A stretch of 64,000 nt of DNA from an uncultured Gemmatimonadales bacterium. Its GTDB lineage: Bacteria > Gemmatimonadota > Gemmatimonadetes > Longimicrobiales > RSA9. The notes beneath the pieces are model-generated. The model was not told the DNA's origin. It saw nothing but the letters and a program-made list of their open reading frames with translations, and ran no database searches. Location: positions 192,001-256,000 of the forward strand of contig OY970192.1 in the NCBI GenBank assembly GCA_963708135.1, written 5' to 3'. Numbering within the stretch: position 1 is the first letter of the stretch; each line of letters begins with the position of its first letter. The position numbers were made by a program, and so were the translations under genes. Of this stretch, positions 47,281 to 57,124 are shown one piece after another.

Positions 47281-48378
47281 ATGACGGACGCGGCGCCCGC
47301 GGATACCCCGCCCCGGTGGGGACGCGGGGGCGAGGTCGCGGAGCGCCGGGGCGATGCGGACGCCGGCTGGGAGGCGGAGCGGGCGGCGCTGCTGGGCGCG
47401 TCCATCGCCGACCTCGGGCTGCGCGTCGAGGGCTCGCCCGTGCAGTCGATGGTCGAGCGGCTCTACGCGGAGCTGGACGCGCGCGGGCTGGTCTTCCGGC
47501 CGCCCGTCTACCTCACCGACGAGTGGGGCTGTCCCGAGGGCGTGCCTGCCATCGGGGTTCCCTTCTTCTACGCGGACCGCCGCCTGGAGCGCCTCGAGCG
47601 CGAGCACGCCGTCGTGCTCGAGGAGGAGGACGACCCGCGAAAGATCCTCCGCCACGAGGCCGGCCACGCCTTCAACTACGCTTACCGCCTGTACGACCGC
47701 CCCGAGTGGCGCGCCCTCTTCGGGCCGTACTCGCGCCCCTATCGCGAGCGCTTCCACGTCAACCCGTTCTCGCGCGAGTTCGTCCGCCACATCCTGGGCT
47801 GGTATGCACAGAAGCATCCGGACGAGGACTTCGCCGAGTGCTTCGCCGTCTGGCTCACGCCCGGGCTCGATTGGCACGCGCTCTACCGTGGCTGGCCGGT
47901 GCTGCGCAAGCTCGAGTACGTGGATGCGGTCATGGCGGAGGTCGGACCGGTCGAGGTCGAGGCGCCGCCCATCCGCCGCGAGTACCTCCCCGTCGAGGCG
48001 CTCCACTCGACCCTTGCCGAGTACTATGCCGGCTGGGAGGAGCCACTGCCGCTGCGCGACCCCGCCCACTTCGACGGCGACCTGCGCAACCTCTTCCGGG
48101 GCGGCGCGGGCGCGCCGGGTGCGGGGCGCGCGTTCCTGGAGCGTCACCGGCGTGAGCTGGTGCGCGACGTGGCCTACTGGACGGGCGAGCTCACGCAGCT
48201 CGTGCGGCAGCTCCTCGATCACCTGGCCGCGCGCGTGGACGCCCTCGATCTCTCGCCCGGCCCGACCCCCGAGGCCGAGGCCGCCACGCTCGTCGAGCTC
48301 ACCGCCTTCCTCACGGCCGTGGTCATGAACTATCGCCACACCGACCGCCTCGCCCCCGACCCCGCGGAGCCGCGGTGA
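47281..48378 (+). CDS. Putative zinc-binding metallopeptidase
   Basis: LRHEAGHA (HExxH), YAQKHPDEDFAE, KLEYV; start codon uncertain. Confidence 0.85.
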   Translation: MTDAAPADTPPRWGRGGEVAERRGDADAGWEAERAALLGASIADLGLRVEGSPVQSMVERLYAELDARGLVFRPPVYLTDEWGCPEGVPAIGVPFFYADRRLERLEREHAVVLEEEDDPRKILRHEAGHAFNYAYRLYDRPEWRALFGPYSRPYRERFHVNPFSREFVRHILGWYAQKHPDEDFAECFAVWLTPGLDWHALYRGWPVLRKLEYVDAVMAEVGPVEVEAPPIRREYLPVEALHSTLAEYYAGWEEPLPLRDPAHFDGDLRNLFRGGAGAPGAGRAFLERHRRELVRDVAYWTGELTQLVRQLLDHLAARVDALDLSPGPTPEAEAATLVELTAFLTAVVMNYRHTDRLAPDPAEPR

Positions 48379-49331
48379 GACTCGTCGTCCTGCACGACGT
48401 AGAAGGCGACGACGTCGTCGCCGAGGTCGCCGGCGCGGCGCGCGCGCTCGGCCACGACACCTCCTCGCTGGCGTTCGGGCCGGACGTGGTCGAGAGCGCC
48501 GCCGCGCTGCGCGACGCCTCGCCCGACCTCGTCTTCAACCTCACCGAGAGCTTCGCCGGCAAGAGCGCGCTCGACTCCGGCATCGCGTCGCTGCTCAACC
48601 TGCTCGATCTCCGCTACACCGGCTCCAGCCACTCGGGGCTGCTGCTCGCGGGCGACAAGGTGCTGGCCAAGCGGATGCTCGCCTTCCACGGCATCCCCAC
48701 CCCCGAGTTCGCGACGCTGCACCGCGGCGCGCTGGAGAGCGCGGACGCCCTTCGCTTCCCGCTCATCGTGAAGCCGCCGCAGGAGGACGCCTCCATCGGG
48801 ATCTCCTCGGGCTCCGTGGTGCGGGACCTGAACGAGCTCCTCGCGCGCCTCGACGAGATCAGCCGCGGCTACACCGGCCCGGTCCTCGTCGAGCAGTTCC
48901 TGGAGGGCCGCGAGTTCTACGTGGGTGTGCTCGGCAACGAGCGCCCGGAGGCGCTGCCCCCCGCCGAGTTCGACATGTCCGAGTTCCCCGACGGCGTTCC
49001 CCGCGTGGCGAGCTGGGCGGCCAAGTGGGACGAACACGACCCCGAGTACGTGGGCAGCCGAACGACGTTTCCGCACGCGCTGGAGCCGGAGGTGCAGCGT
49101 CGCCTGCAGGAGACCGCGGTGCGCGCCTTCGAGGCGCTCCGCCTGCGCGACTACGCCCGCGTGGACCTGCGCCTCGATGCGCACGGCGTGGCGCACGTCC
49201 TCGAGGTCAATCCGAACTGCTATCTGAAGCGCGGCGAGGTCTTCGCCGCGGCGGCGGAGCGAATGGGGCTCGACTACGAGGCGCTCGTCGGCCGGATCGT
49301 GGAGCTGGCCGCCGGCCGCTACGCGCGCTGA
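48375..49331 (+). CDS. D-Ala-D-Ala ligase-like ATP-grasp protein
   Basis: VFNLTE, YTGS, DK, PLIVKP, EDASIGI, VEQFLEGRE, YARVDLR, LEVNPN. Confidence 0.88.
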   Translation: MRLVVLHDVEGDDVVAEVAGAARALGHDTSSLAFGPDVVESAAALRDASPDLVFNLTESFAGKSALDSGIASLLNLLDLRYTGSSHSGLLLAGDKVLAKRMLAFHGIPTPEFATLHRGALESADALRFPLIVKPPQEDASIGISSGSVVRDLNELLARLDEISRGYTGPVLVEQFLEGREFYVGVLGNERPEALPPAEFDMSEFPDGVPRVASWAAKWDEHDPEYVGSRTTFPHALEPEVQRRLQETAVRAFEALRLRDYARVDLRLDAHGVAHVLEVNPNCYLKRGEVFAAAAERMGLDYEALVGRIVELAAGRYAR

Positions 49332-49407
49332 GCGGCGCCAGGGCCGCGCGTGATCGCATCCTGCCCGCCGGCCCCCGGTCGGTACGGTGCGCGCCCTGTC
49401 CTTGGCT

Positions 49408-50595
49408 TCAGCCCCCCAGCTCGCGCAGCCGTGATCCCGCCTTCTCGAGCGTCTCCACGCGCTTGCAGAACGCGAAGCGCACGAGGGTGTGCCCGAGCTC
49501 CGGCTCGTGGAAGAAGCTCGAGCCGGGTACTGGCGCCACACCGCCCTCGATGCGGCCGCCCGCGCCGGCGGCGAGCCAGCGCGAGAAGGCGTGGTCATCC
49601 ATGTCCGTGAGCCCGTTCGCCTCCGCCACGGCCGAGAAGTCCGCCATGACGTAGTAGGCGCCGGCCGGTGCCTCGCAGCGGAACCCCGCCTCCTGCAGCG
49701 CCGGGACCAGCGTGTCGCGGCGGCGGCGGTAGCCCGCGACGAGGTCGGCGTAATAGTCGTCGCCCAGCTGCTCCAGCGCGGCGGCCACACCCTCCTGCAG
49801 CGGCGCGGGCGCGCCCACCGTGAGGAAATCGTGCACCTTGCGGATGGCGGCGGTGAGGTCCGGCGGCGCGACGATGGTGCCGACCCTCCAGCCCGTCACG
49901 CTGAATGTCTTCGACGCGCCACTCACCGTGACCGTCCGCTCCTTCATGCCGTCCAGCGTGGCCAGCGGGATGTGCGTGCCCTCGTAGAGGATGTGCTCGT
50001 AGATCTCGTCCGTGAAGGCGACGAGGTCGTGCCGCCGGCACAGCGCCGCGACGCTCTCCAGCTCCGCCGGCGTCAACACCCGGCCGGTCGGGTTGTTGGG
50101 CGTGTTGAGGATGATCGCGCGCGTGCGAGGCGTGACCGCGGCCTCCAGCCGGTCGAGGTCCAGCGGCTGGTCGGCGTCCAGCGGCAGCCACACGGGCGAG
50201 GCGCCGCACAGGATGGCATCCGGCCCGTAGTTCTCGTAGAACGGCTCGAAGATGATGACCTCGTCGCCCGGGTTCACCACGGACAGGAGCGCCGAGGCCA
50301 TGGCCTCCGTGGCGCCACAGGTCACGGTCACCTCGCGCGCCTCGTCCACCTCCCAGCCGTAGAAGCGCCCGTACTTGGCCGCGATCGCACGCCGCAGCCG
50401 CGGCGCGCCCCACGTCACCGCGTACTGGTTCACGTCCGCGCGGATCGCCTGGCAGGCGGCTTCCTTCAGCACGTCCGGGCAGGGGAAGTCCGGGAACCCC
50501 TGGGCCAGGTTGATCGCCCCGTGCTCGTTCGCGACGCGCGTCATCTCGCGGATGACGGACTCGGTGAAGCCGTGGGTGCGGCGTGCCGTGCGCAT
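49408..50595 (-). CDS. PLP-dependent class I/II aminotransferase (YbdL-like)
   Basis: INLAQGFPD, NTPNNPTG, DEIY, SKTFSVTGWRVG, RFAFCK. Confidence 0.92.
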   Translation of the reverse strand: MRTARRTHGFTESVIREMTRVANEHGAINLAQGFPDFPCPDVLKEAACQAIRADVNQYAVTWGAPRLRRAIAAKYGRFYGWEVDEAREVTVTCGATEAMASALLSVVNPGDEVIIFEPFYENYGPDAILCGASPVWLPLDADQPLDLDRLEAAVTPRTRAIILNTPNNPTGRVLTPAELESVAALCRRHDLVAFTDEIYEHILYEGTHIPLATLDGMKERTVTVSGASKTFSVTGWRVGTIVAPPDLTAAIRKVHDFLTVGAPAPLQEGVAAALEQLGDDYYADLVAGYRRRRDTLVPALQEAGFRCEAPAGAYYVMADFSAVAEANGLTDMDDHAFSRWLAAGAGGRIEGGVAPVPGSSFFHEPELGHTLVRFAFCKRVETLEKAGSRLRELGG

Positions 50596-50895
50596 TGCGC
50601 TCCTCTGGCTGGCGGCTCGTGCTTGGCTGGGGTGCGGCGCCCGGAGAGGGGCGCGGGGGGTAAGGTAGGCGCGGCCGCTGGGGGCCGCCAGTTGGTCGGG
50701 AGAGGGCGCGGTGGCTGGCGGCGCTGAGTGGGGGAGTGGGAGAGTGGGGGACGCCGGGCCGGCTTGCCGGCGCGCGCGGGATGCCGGGCCTCGCGCTCTT
50801 GCCGGCGCGCGCCGGATGCCGAGCCTGGCGACCATGCCGGGGCCGGTGGATTCCGGGCCGGCTTCGCCTGGTCCGCCGCCGCATCCCGGAGGAAC

Positions 50896-52422
50896 CTACG
50901 CTCGCCACCCCTCGACCACCGCCATCACCTCCTCGCTCGCCTCGCCGAGCTCGGTGGGCGGGGCGGCGCCGGCCTCGAGCAGCAGCCGAGCGATGCGCGC
51001 GTGCTCGCCGCGCGGGCCGTGCACTGAGCCGTGGCTGCACCAGCCGAGCGGGGTCGCCCCGAAGTGCGTATCGCGCATCTCCAGGAGCGACGCTGCCGCC
51101 GGGTGCTCGAGCACCTTCGCCACACACTCCGCGGAGCCCTGCCAGGCGGCGGTGTGCAGCACGGTGGCGCCGCCCTCGTTCGTGGCGTCCGGCCCCAGCC
51201 CCAGGTCGAGCATGAGGGCGACGGCGCGCGCGTTCCCCGCCCAGCCCGCCTCCGGCAATGCGCTGCGGTCCCGGGCATCGAGGGACCCGAACAGCGTCGG
51301 GTCCTCCGCGAGCAGCGCGCGTGCAGCGTCCTCGTCGCCTTCCGCGAGCGCGGCGACGAGGCGCTGCCGCGGCGTCGCGTGCGCGGCCATGATCTCGACC
51401 GTGGCGTGCTGCTCGAACTGGGCCGCCACCTGCAGCGGCGTGCGGTCGACGCCGATCGTCCACGTGTAGATGTGGTCGGCCGACGGCGGCTTCGCGCCGT
51501 AGTCGCCGTGGCCGGTGCGCAGGTCGAGCAGCGACGGATCGGCCTCGACCATCTCCCCCGCGCGCTCGGCGAGGCCAAGCGCGGCGGCCAGGAAGATGTC
51601 CGCGGTCGCGCCGCGCTCGACGAGGTAGCCGGCCAGGTCGTAGCGTCCGGCGCCGCGCCGGCGGTCGAGCATCCACTGCGCCGGCGTCCCGCGGTGGTCC
51701 ACGTCGCGGGCGTCCGGCTCCGCGCCCGCGTCGAGCAGCAGGTCCACCACGGCGCGGGAGCGCGCGAAGTGCAGCGGCGTCTGCCCGTCGCCGCCGCGCT
51801 CGCGCACGCGCGCGGGGTCCTCCGCCAGCATGGCGGCCAGCAGCGCGGGCCGGTCGAGGTTCGCCGCCGCGCACGCGTCCGGCACCGCCCCGCGCTCGAG
51901 CAGCCGCTCCGCCACCTCGCCCGTTGCCGAGTGCAGCGGATGGAAGCCCCCTGCCCACCACGAGCTGCGCAGGTTCGGGTCGGCGCCGAAGTCGAGCAGC
52001 ACGTCCACGAGCGCGACGTCGCCCCGCCCGGCCACGTGCACCAATGCGGGCGAGTCGAACGCGAAGAGCGGCTCGTTCACGAGCGCGCGGAGCTCCGCGT
52101 GGCTCTCCAGGAGGCGACGCAGGGCGGCCGCATCTCCCTCGCGCAGCGCCACCCGCGCCGCGTCGAGGGCCGGCCGCTCGGCCGCGCGCCGCGTGGCCTC
52201 GATGTAGCGGCGCAGCTCCGCCCAGCTGCGGCAGCCGTGCTCGCGGGCGAGGACGTACTGGGCATCCGCCAGAGTGATCTTCGGCTTGTCGGGAAGCTGC
52301 GCGCGCACGCGGGTCAGCGCCCCGGCGTCGCCGGCGCGGAACGCGCGCAGCAGCTCCCTGGCGAGCTTCCGCTCCTGCTCGAGATCGGGACGGGCGGGCA
52401 GGGAAGGGTCGGACGGGCTCAT
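50896..52422 (-). CDS. Ankyrin-repeat protein with LPARPDLE...LADAQYVLAREHG..SW N-terminal domain
   Basis: GQTPLHFA, GATVLHTAAWQG, ATPLGW repeats; AAGGAGG RBS. Confidence 0.9.
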   Translation of the reverse strand: MSPSDPSLPARPDLEQERKLARELLRAFRAGDAGALTRVRAQLPDKPKITLADAQYVLAREHGCRSWAELRRYIEATRRAAERPALDAARVALREGDAAALRRLLESHAELRALVNEPLFAFDSPALVHVAGRGDVALVDVLLDFGADPNLRSSWWAGGFHPLHSATGEVAERLLERGAVPDACAAANLDRPALLAAMLAEDPARVRERGGDGQTPLHFARSRAVVDLLLDAGAEPDARDVDHRGTPAQWMLDRRRGAGRYDLAGYLVERGATADIFLAAALGLAERAGEMVEADPSLLDLRTGHGDYGAKPPSADHIYTWTIGVDRTPLQVAAQFEQHATVEIMAAHATPRQRLVAALAEGDEDAARALLAEDPTLFGSLDARDRSALPEAGWAGNARAVALMLDLGLGPDATNEGGATVLHTAAWQGSAECVAKVLEHPAAASLLEMRDTHFGATPLGWCSHGSVHGPRGEHARIARLLLEAGAAPPTELGEASEEVMAVVEGWRA

Positions 52423-52439
52423 GTGGGCCTCCTTCGATC

Positions 52440-52540
52440 ACGGCCGCTGTCCGCGCGATCGGCCTCGAAAGAGGTCGCGCATCGCTGCTCGATTCGATCG
52501 GGTGGGCCCCGCCCTTCCCGCGGACCGGAGGCGCCCCGAC
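52440..52540 (-). ncRNA. Candidate structured cis-regulatory leader of the ankyrin gene
   Basis: GUCCGCG/CGCGGAC long-range stem competes with the GCGCGA-CCUC-UUUC-GAGG-UCGCGC hairpin just 5' of the SD. Confidence 0.35.
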
Positions 52541-52693
52541 GACGCCGAAACGAAGATCGGCCGGGCCGGATGTGGCCGCAAGCCCCGAGAACGAGCGGCC
52601 GCCGCGCAGCGTCCTCGCACGGCGTCAGCGCCCGGGGTCCGTGTGCGGGTTCGTGTGCGTGCGCGCCGCTCCTGGCCCGCCGGTAGGTCGTCC

Positions 52694-52758
52694 TTGACCT
52701 CGGCTCCGCGAGCGCTACGTTTAGACTCACTAAGTGAGAGGTAGCACCTCGAATCGAG
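52694..52758 (+). promoter_or_regulatory. Promoter and putative PadR operators 4
   Basis: TTGACC-16 nt-TACGTT followed by CTCAC-TAA-GTGAG and CTCGA-A-TCGAG. Confidence 0.55.
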
Positions 52759-52774
52759 CAACGGGGCCGAAGCC

Positions 52775-53107
52775 ATGCCGACCACTTCCGCCGAGATCAT
52801 CCGTGGGACCGCGGACATGCTGATCCTGAAGCTGCTGGACCTCGAGCCGATGCACGGCTGGGGGATCGGGCAGCGCATGCAGGAGCTCTCGGGAGATGCG
52901 CTGCGGATCCAGCCGGGGGCGCTATACGGGGCGATGCACCGGCTGGTGCGGGAGGGCTGGGTACGCTCGTCGTGGCGGACGACGGAGAACGGGCGGCGGG
53001 CGCGCTACTACGAGCTGACGCCGGCCGGCCGGCGGCGGCTCGGGGTGGAGACGGAGACGTGGCGCCGGCTCTCCGGCGGCGTCGCGCTGATCCTCGCAGC
53101 CGGCTGA
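52775..53107 (+). CDS. PadR-family regulator 4 (ADOP-associated type)
   Basis: IIRGTADMLILKLL, MHGWGI, GALYGAMHRL, ENGRRARYY. Confidence 0.94.
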   Translation: MPTTSAEIIRGTADMLILKLLDLEPMHGWGIGQRMQELSGDALRIQPGALYGAMHRLVREGWVRSSWRTTENGRRARYYELTPAGRRRLGVETETWRRLSGGVALILAAG

Positions 53108-53114
53108 GGCGACG

Positions 53115-55754
53115 ATGCGGCGGCTGTTTGCCGACCTGCGCTACCGGCTCCGCGTGCTCCTTCGACGGGGCACGTCTCAGCGCGAGCTGTACGAGGAGCT
53201 CTCGTTCCACCTCGAGATGGACGCGGCGGCGCTGCGCGCGCAGGGGGTCTCGGCGGAGGAGGCGGAGCGCGAGGCGCGGCGTCGCTTCGGCAGCATGGAG
53301 ATCGAGGCGGAGCGGGCGCGGCAGGGTTGGGGGATCTCGCCGGCCCTGGAATTTCTGGGGGATGCGCGGCACGCGCTCCGGCAGATGCGGCGCCGGGCCG
53401 GGTTCACGGCGATGGTCGTGCTCACGCTCGGGCTGGGGATCGGCGGGACGGTGGCGCTGTTCAGCGTCGTGAACGACCTGCTTGTGAGGCCGCTTCCGTA
53501 TCCGGACGCGGACCGCATCCAGATGTTCTGGATGGACTACGACTGGCGCGGCGTGGAGTACGATTTCGTGCGCGAGCGACGGGGCGTGTTCGAGAGCCTG
53601 GCCGCGTTCTCGACGAACGGGGCGCCGTACCACCCGAACGTGGCGGGGACGGACGGTGCGCGGCTGCTGCCGTTCGTGGTGGCCACGTCGACGCTGTCGG
53701 ATGTGCTCGGCGCGCGGCCGCTGCTGGGCCGGTGGTTCGACGCGGGCGAGGATCGGCCCGGGGCGGCGCCCGTGATCGTCATCAGCTACGGCATGTGGCG
53801 GCAGGACCTGGGTGGAAACCGGGACGTGATCGGCCACCGCATCCTGCTGGACGGAAAGCCGGTGACGGTGGTCGGGGTCATGCCGAAGGGGTTCTACTTT
53901 CCCACGCCGGACATCCGCGCCTGGCGCCCGCTCCGCCTGGATGCCTCGACGGACAGCTACCAGGGGACCGGCTATCTCAACCTGATCGGCCGGGTGGCCC
54001 CGGGGATCTCGCCGGCGCTCCTGCAGCGCGACGTTCAGAGGATCGCCCGCGACCTGGGCACGCGGTTCACATACCCCGAGGCCTGGGACAAGACGAAGAA
54101 TGCGCACGTCATCCCGATCCGGCAGTACCTGCTCGGGGACGTGCGCGACCCGCTCCTGCTGCTCCTGGCCGCGGTGACCCTGCTGCTCGGGATCGCGTGC
54201 GCCAACGCCGCGGCGCTGATCCTCGCGCGGACCAGCGACCGGTCCGGAGAGATGGCGGTGCGGAGCGCGCTGGGCGCCGGGCGCTGGCGGCTGGCGCGGC
54301 AGATCGCGGCGGAGTCCCTGGTCCTTGCGGTGGCGGCGGCGCTTCTCGGCGTCGGCATCGCGACGGCGGGCTTCCGCATCCTGGTGGCGCGGCTGCCCCT
54401 GGGAAGTGGCTTTGGCGAGATGGTGACGACCGGCTGGGAGACGCTGGGCGCCGGGCTGCTCCTCGCGCTCCTGATCGCGCTGGCGGCATCGGTCGCGCCG
54501 ATCCGCGCCCTCATCGCCGGGCGCTCGGGTGCGGGCCTGAATCGCGAGCGCAGCGAGGCCGGCCTGCGCCGGGGCACGCGACGCGTGCACCGCGCGCTCG
54601 TCGTCTCACAGGTGGCGCTCGCGGTGATGCTCGTGGTGGGGGCGACGCTGCTGATCCGGTCCGTGGGGCGGCTCCGCTCGGTCAACCTGGGCTTCGACCC
54701 AAACGGCGTCTCCACCTTCACGCTGCTCTCGAGCGAGGGCGCGCAGCCCGCCGCGCAGCGGGCGTTCTTCCGCGACGTGCTCGCGCGGGTGTCCGCGCTG
54801 CCCGGTGTGACCGCGGCCGGCCTGGTGAACCGGCTCCCCCTCCGCGACGGCGGCTACCAGGGGCCGGTCGGGATCGAGGGGCGGCCCGACCTCGCGGGGC
54901 CCAAGCGCCCGAACAGCCTCTATCGGCCCGTGACGCCGGGGTTCTTCCGCGCCATGGGCATGACGCTCCGGGAGGGCCGCGGCATCGAGCCCACGGATGT
55001 GGACGGCAGCCTGCCCGTCGTGGTGATCAGCGAATCCTTCGCCCGGCGCATGTGGCCCGGCCAGAGCGCTATCGGGAAGCACATCCTCTCTGGCTGGTCG
55101 GACACGATCCGCTCGCTGGCCGTGGTCGGCGTGGTCCACGAGGTACGCCTGACGAGCGTCACGGGCGAGGTCCCGTTCGTGATGTTCGTGCCGCGCGCTC
55201 AGCAGGCCCCCAACCCCGGCGCCGTCCTCGTCGTCCGCTCTCTCACCCCACCGGCAGTGCTCATCCCCGTCATGCGCCGGACAATCGCGGAGCTCGACCC
55301 ACAGGTGGCCGTGGCGCGCGTCCAGACCATGGACGACGTCGTGGCCGCCGCCCTCGCCCAGCCGCTCCGCCTGCGCTTCTTCCTCACCGTCTTCGCCGCG
55401 ATCGCGCTCGTGCTCGGGACCGTCGGGGTCTACGGCGTGGTCTCCTACGCCGTCGGCCGCCGCCGCGCGGAGTTCGCCATCCGCATGGCCCTCGGCGCGT
55501 CCCCCGAGCGCGTCCTTGGCGAGGTGCTGGCGCTGGGCGTCCTCCCCGTCCTGGCCGGCATCGTCCTGGGGCTGGCGGCATCCCTCGCCCTGAGCGGCCT
55601 GCTCGGCCGCTTCCTCTACGGCCTCGTCGCCACGGACCCCGCAAGCCTTCTCGCCGCCGCCGCCGTGCTCCTCCTCGCCGGCGTTACGGCCGCCCTCGTC
55701 CCGGCCCTCCGGGCGGGCCGGACCAGCCCCGGCCAGGCGCTGCGAGCGGAGTGA
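53115..55754 (+). CDS. ADOP permease 9 with prefix domain
   Basis: EELSFHL...EARRRFG; IACANA; EFAIRMALGA; SPGQALRAE. Confidence 0.93.
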   Translation: MRRLFADLRYRLRVLLRRGTSQRELYEELSFHLEMDAAALRAQGVSAEEAEREARRRFGSMEIEAERARQGWGISPALEFLGDARHALRQMRRRAGFTAMVVLTLGLGIGGTVALFSVVNDLLVRPLPYPDADRIQMFWMDYDWRGVEYDFVRERRGVFESLAAFSTNGAPYHPNVAGTDGARLLPFVVATSTLSDVLGARPLLGRWFDAGEDRPGAAPVIVISYGMWRQDLGGNRDVIGHRILLDGKPVTVVGVMPKGFYFPTPDIRAWRPLRLDASTDSYQGTGYLNLIGRVAPGISPALLQRDVQRIARDLGTRFTYPEAWDKTKNAHVIPIRQYLLGDVRDPLLLLLAAVTLLLGIACANAAALILARTSDRSGEMAVRSALGAGRWRLARQIAAESLVLAVAAALLGVGIATAGFRILVARLPLGSGFGEMVTTGWETLGAGLLLALLIALAASVAPIRALIAGRSGAGLNRERSEAGLRRGTRRVHRALVVSQVALAVMLVVGATLLIRSVGRLRSVNLGFDPNGVSTFTLLSSEGAQPAAQRAFFRDVLARVSALPGVTAAGLVNRLPLRDGGYQGPVGIEGRPDLAGPKRPNSLYRPVTPGFFRAMGMTLREGRGIEPTDVDGSLPVVVISESFARRMWPGQSAIGKHILSGWSDTIRSLAVVGVVHEVRLTSVTGEVPFVMFVPRAQQAPNPGAVLVVRSLTPPAVLIPVMRRTIAELDPQVAVARVQTMDDVVAAALAQPLRLRFFLTVFAAIALVLGTVGVYGVVSYAVGRRRAEFAIRMALGASPERVLGEVLALGVLPVLAGIVLGLAASLALSGLLGRFLYGLVATDPASLLAAAAVLLLAGVTAALVPALRAGRTSPGQALRAE

Positions 55755-56100
55755 CGCGCCGGCGGCTGGCGCGGGCCAACGCCAGCCTGGCGCCTGCGGC
55801 CTTCGGCTACCGCCGGTGCTGAGCGTGGCACGGGTTACCACTTGTCGGGGGCTGACGCGGAGGATGGAGTCCCCCCGGCGCGCGGATCCGCGTGGTCGGG
55901 GTAACTCCGGCCGCGTGTAGAGGGGCCGGATCGCCCTGCGTCCGGGTTCGGGTGGGGCTGGCAAGCCGGAGGTCGGAGGAGCGGAGATCATGAATCCGTG
56001 CCCTCGGCTGCCGCGCCCGCGCTTGCGGAGTCCGAAGAATTCCGTTCGATTGTCCGAACGATTTCCCTCGCAGCATCGCCCATCCCGGAGCGTTCCCCCG

Positions 56101-56823
56101 ATGCATCACCTCCTCCGCTTTCTCTTCCTGCTCGGCCTCGTGTGTGCCCCCGCCGCCGCGCGGGCGCAGGGCTCCCCCGCACCGGCGGGCGCGCAGGCCC
56201 GGATCACGGCCCGCACCGCCGCCGTGGCCGACTCGCTCGCCGATCAGCGCTGGCACGGCATGGTCCTCGGCGGGGTGATGGGCGGCGCCGCCGCGGGGCT
56301 CGCGACCGCGGCGTTCTGCGAGGTCGGGGATTGTGGCAGGCAGACGGCCGAGGCCGGCCTCGTTGGCGCGTTCATCGGCGCCGGTCTCGGCGGCATGATC
56401 GGCAGCCGGATGCCGAAGCGGAGGCGGCTCGGCCGCCGCGATGGCGAGATGGGCGGCGGGGAAGTGGGTGGCGCTGCTCGGGAGGCGGGGCGCGCGGGGT
56501 CGAAGGGCGTCAGCGCCGTTGCGGGCGCCGGCCGCGTGGGGACCGGTTCCAGCCGCCCCAGACCGGACCTCGGCGGTGTCCAGGCCCGGCTCGCGCGCCG
56601 CCTCGCCGCCGCGGACTCGGTGACCCATCGCCAGTGGACGCCGATCGTTGCGGGGGCGGTGATGGTGGGGGCGTTCGGCGCGTGGATGGGCTATACGTGG
56701 TCCGGCGATACGGACAGCGGCGGCCACACCAACCGCGCCGTGGCCGCGCTCGGCTTCGGCGCGCTCGGCGCCGGTGTCGGCTCGATCCTGGGGGCATTCG
56801 CCGGAGTCCTGATCGACCGCTAA
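56101..56823 (+). CDS. Hypothetical exported protein with two glycine-zipper-like membrane modules
   Basis: Signal peptide MHHLLRFLFLLGLV...ARAQ; two ADS...GxxxGxxxG segments. Confidence 0.55.
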   Translation: MHHLLRFLFLLGLVCAPAAARAQGSPAPAGAQARITARTAAVADSLADQRWHGMVLGGVMGGAAAGLATAAFCEVGDCGRQTAEAGLVGAFIGAGLGGMIGSRMPKRRRLGRRDGEMGGGEVGGAAREAGRAGSKGVSAVAGAGRVGTGSSRPRPDLGGVQARLARRLAAADSVTHRQWTPIVAGAVMVGAFGAWMGYTWSGDTDSGGHTNRAVAALGFGALGAGVGSILGAFAGVLIDR

Positions 56824-56935
56824 CCGGGCGGCCCTCCGGTTGCTAGCGCTCCCGCACTCGCGAGCCGGGCCGCTCCCCATCCACCGCTCGCGTAAGCGGC
56901 CCCTCCGCCGGGCACCCGATCGGGCTCTCCGCGTG

Positions 56936-57107
56936 CCGAACCGTACCATTGGCGCCGCTTCCAGCCGCGCCCGGTACGGTTGAGCTCCCCGGTGGTGTCG
57001 AACGCTTTATTGACTCCCCGGACCGCCCCCCGGATGGAGCGCGCGACCCCTGGAGGGGGCCCAACACTCCATCCGCGCCCAGCCACCCCGGGGACGCTAC
57101 GGTTGGA
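56936..57107. repeat. Tripartite palindromic element, family D (degenerate)
   Basis: AACCGTACC/GGTACGGTT perfect IR; AAC left arms at 56939, 57001, 57063; terminal CCGAACCGTACC vs GCTACGGTTGGA. Confidence 0.55.
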
Positions 57108-57124
57108 CACATCCCGCCGTCAAG

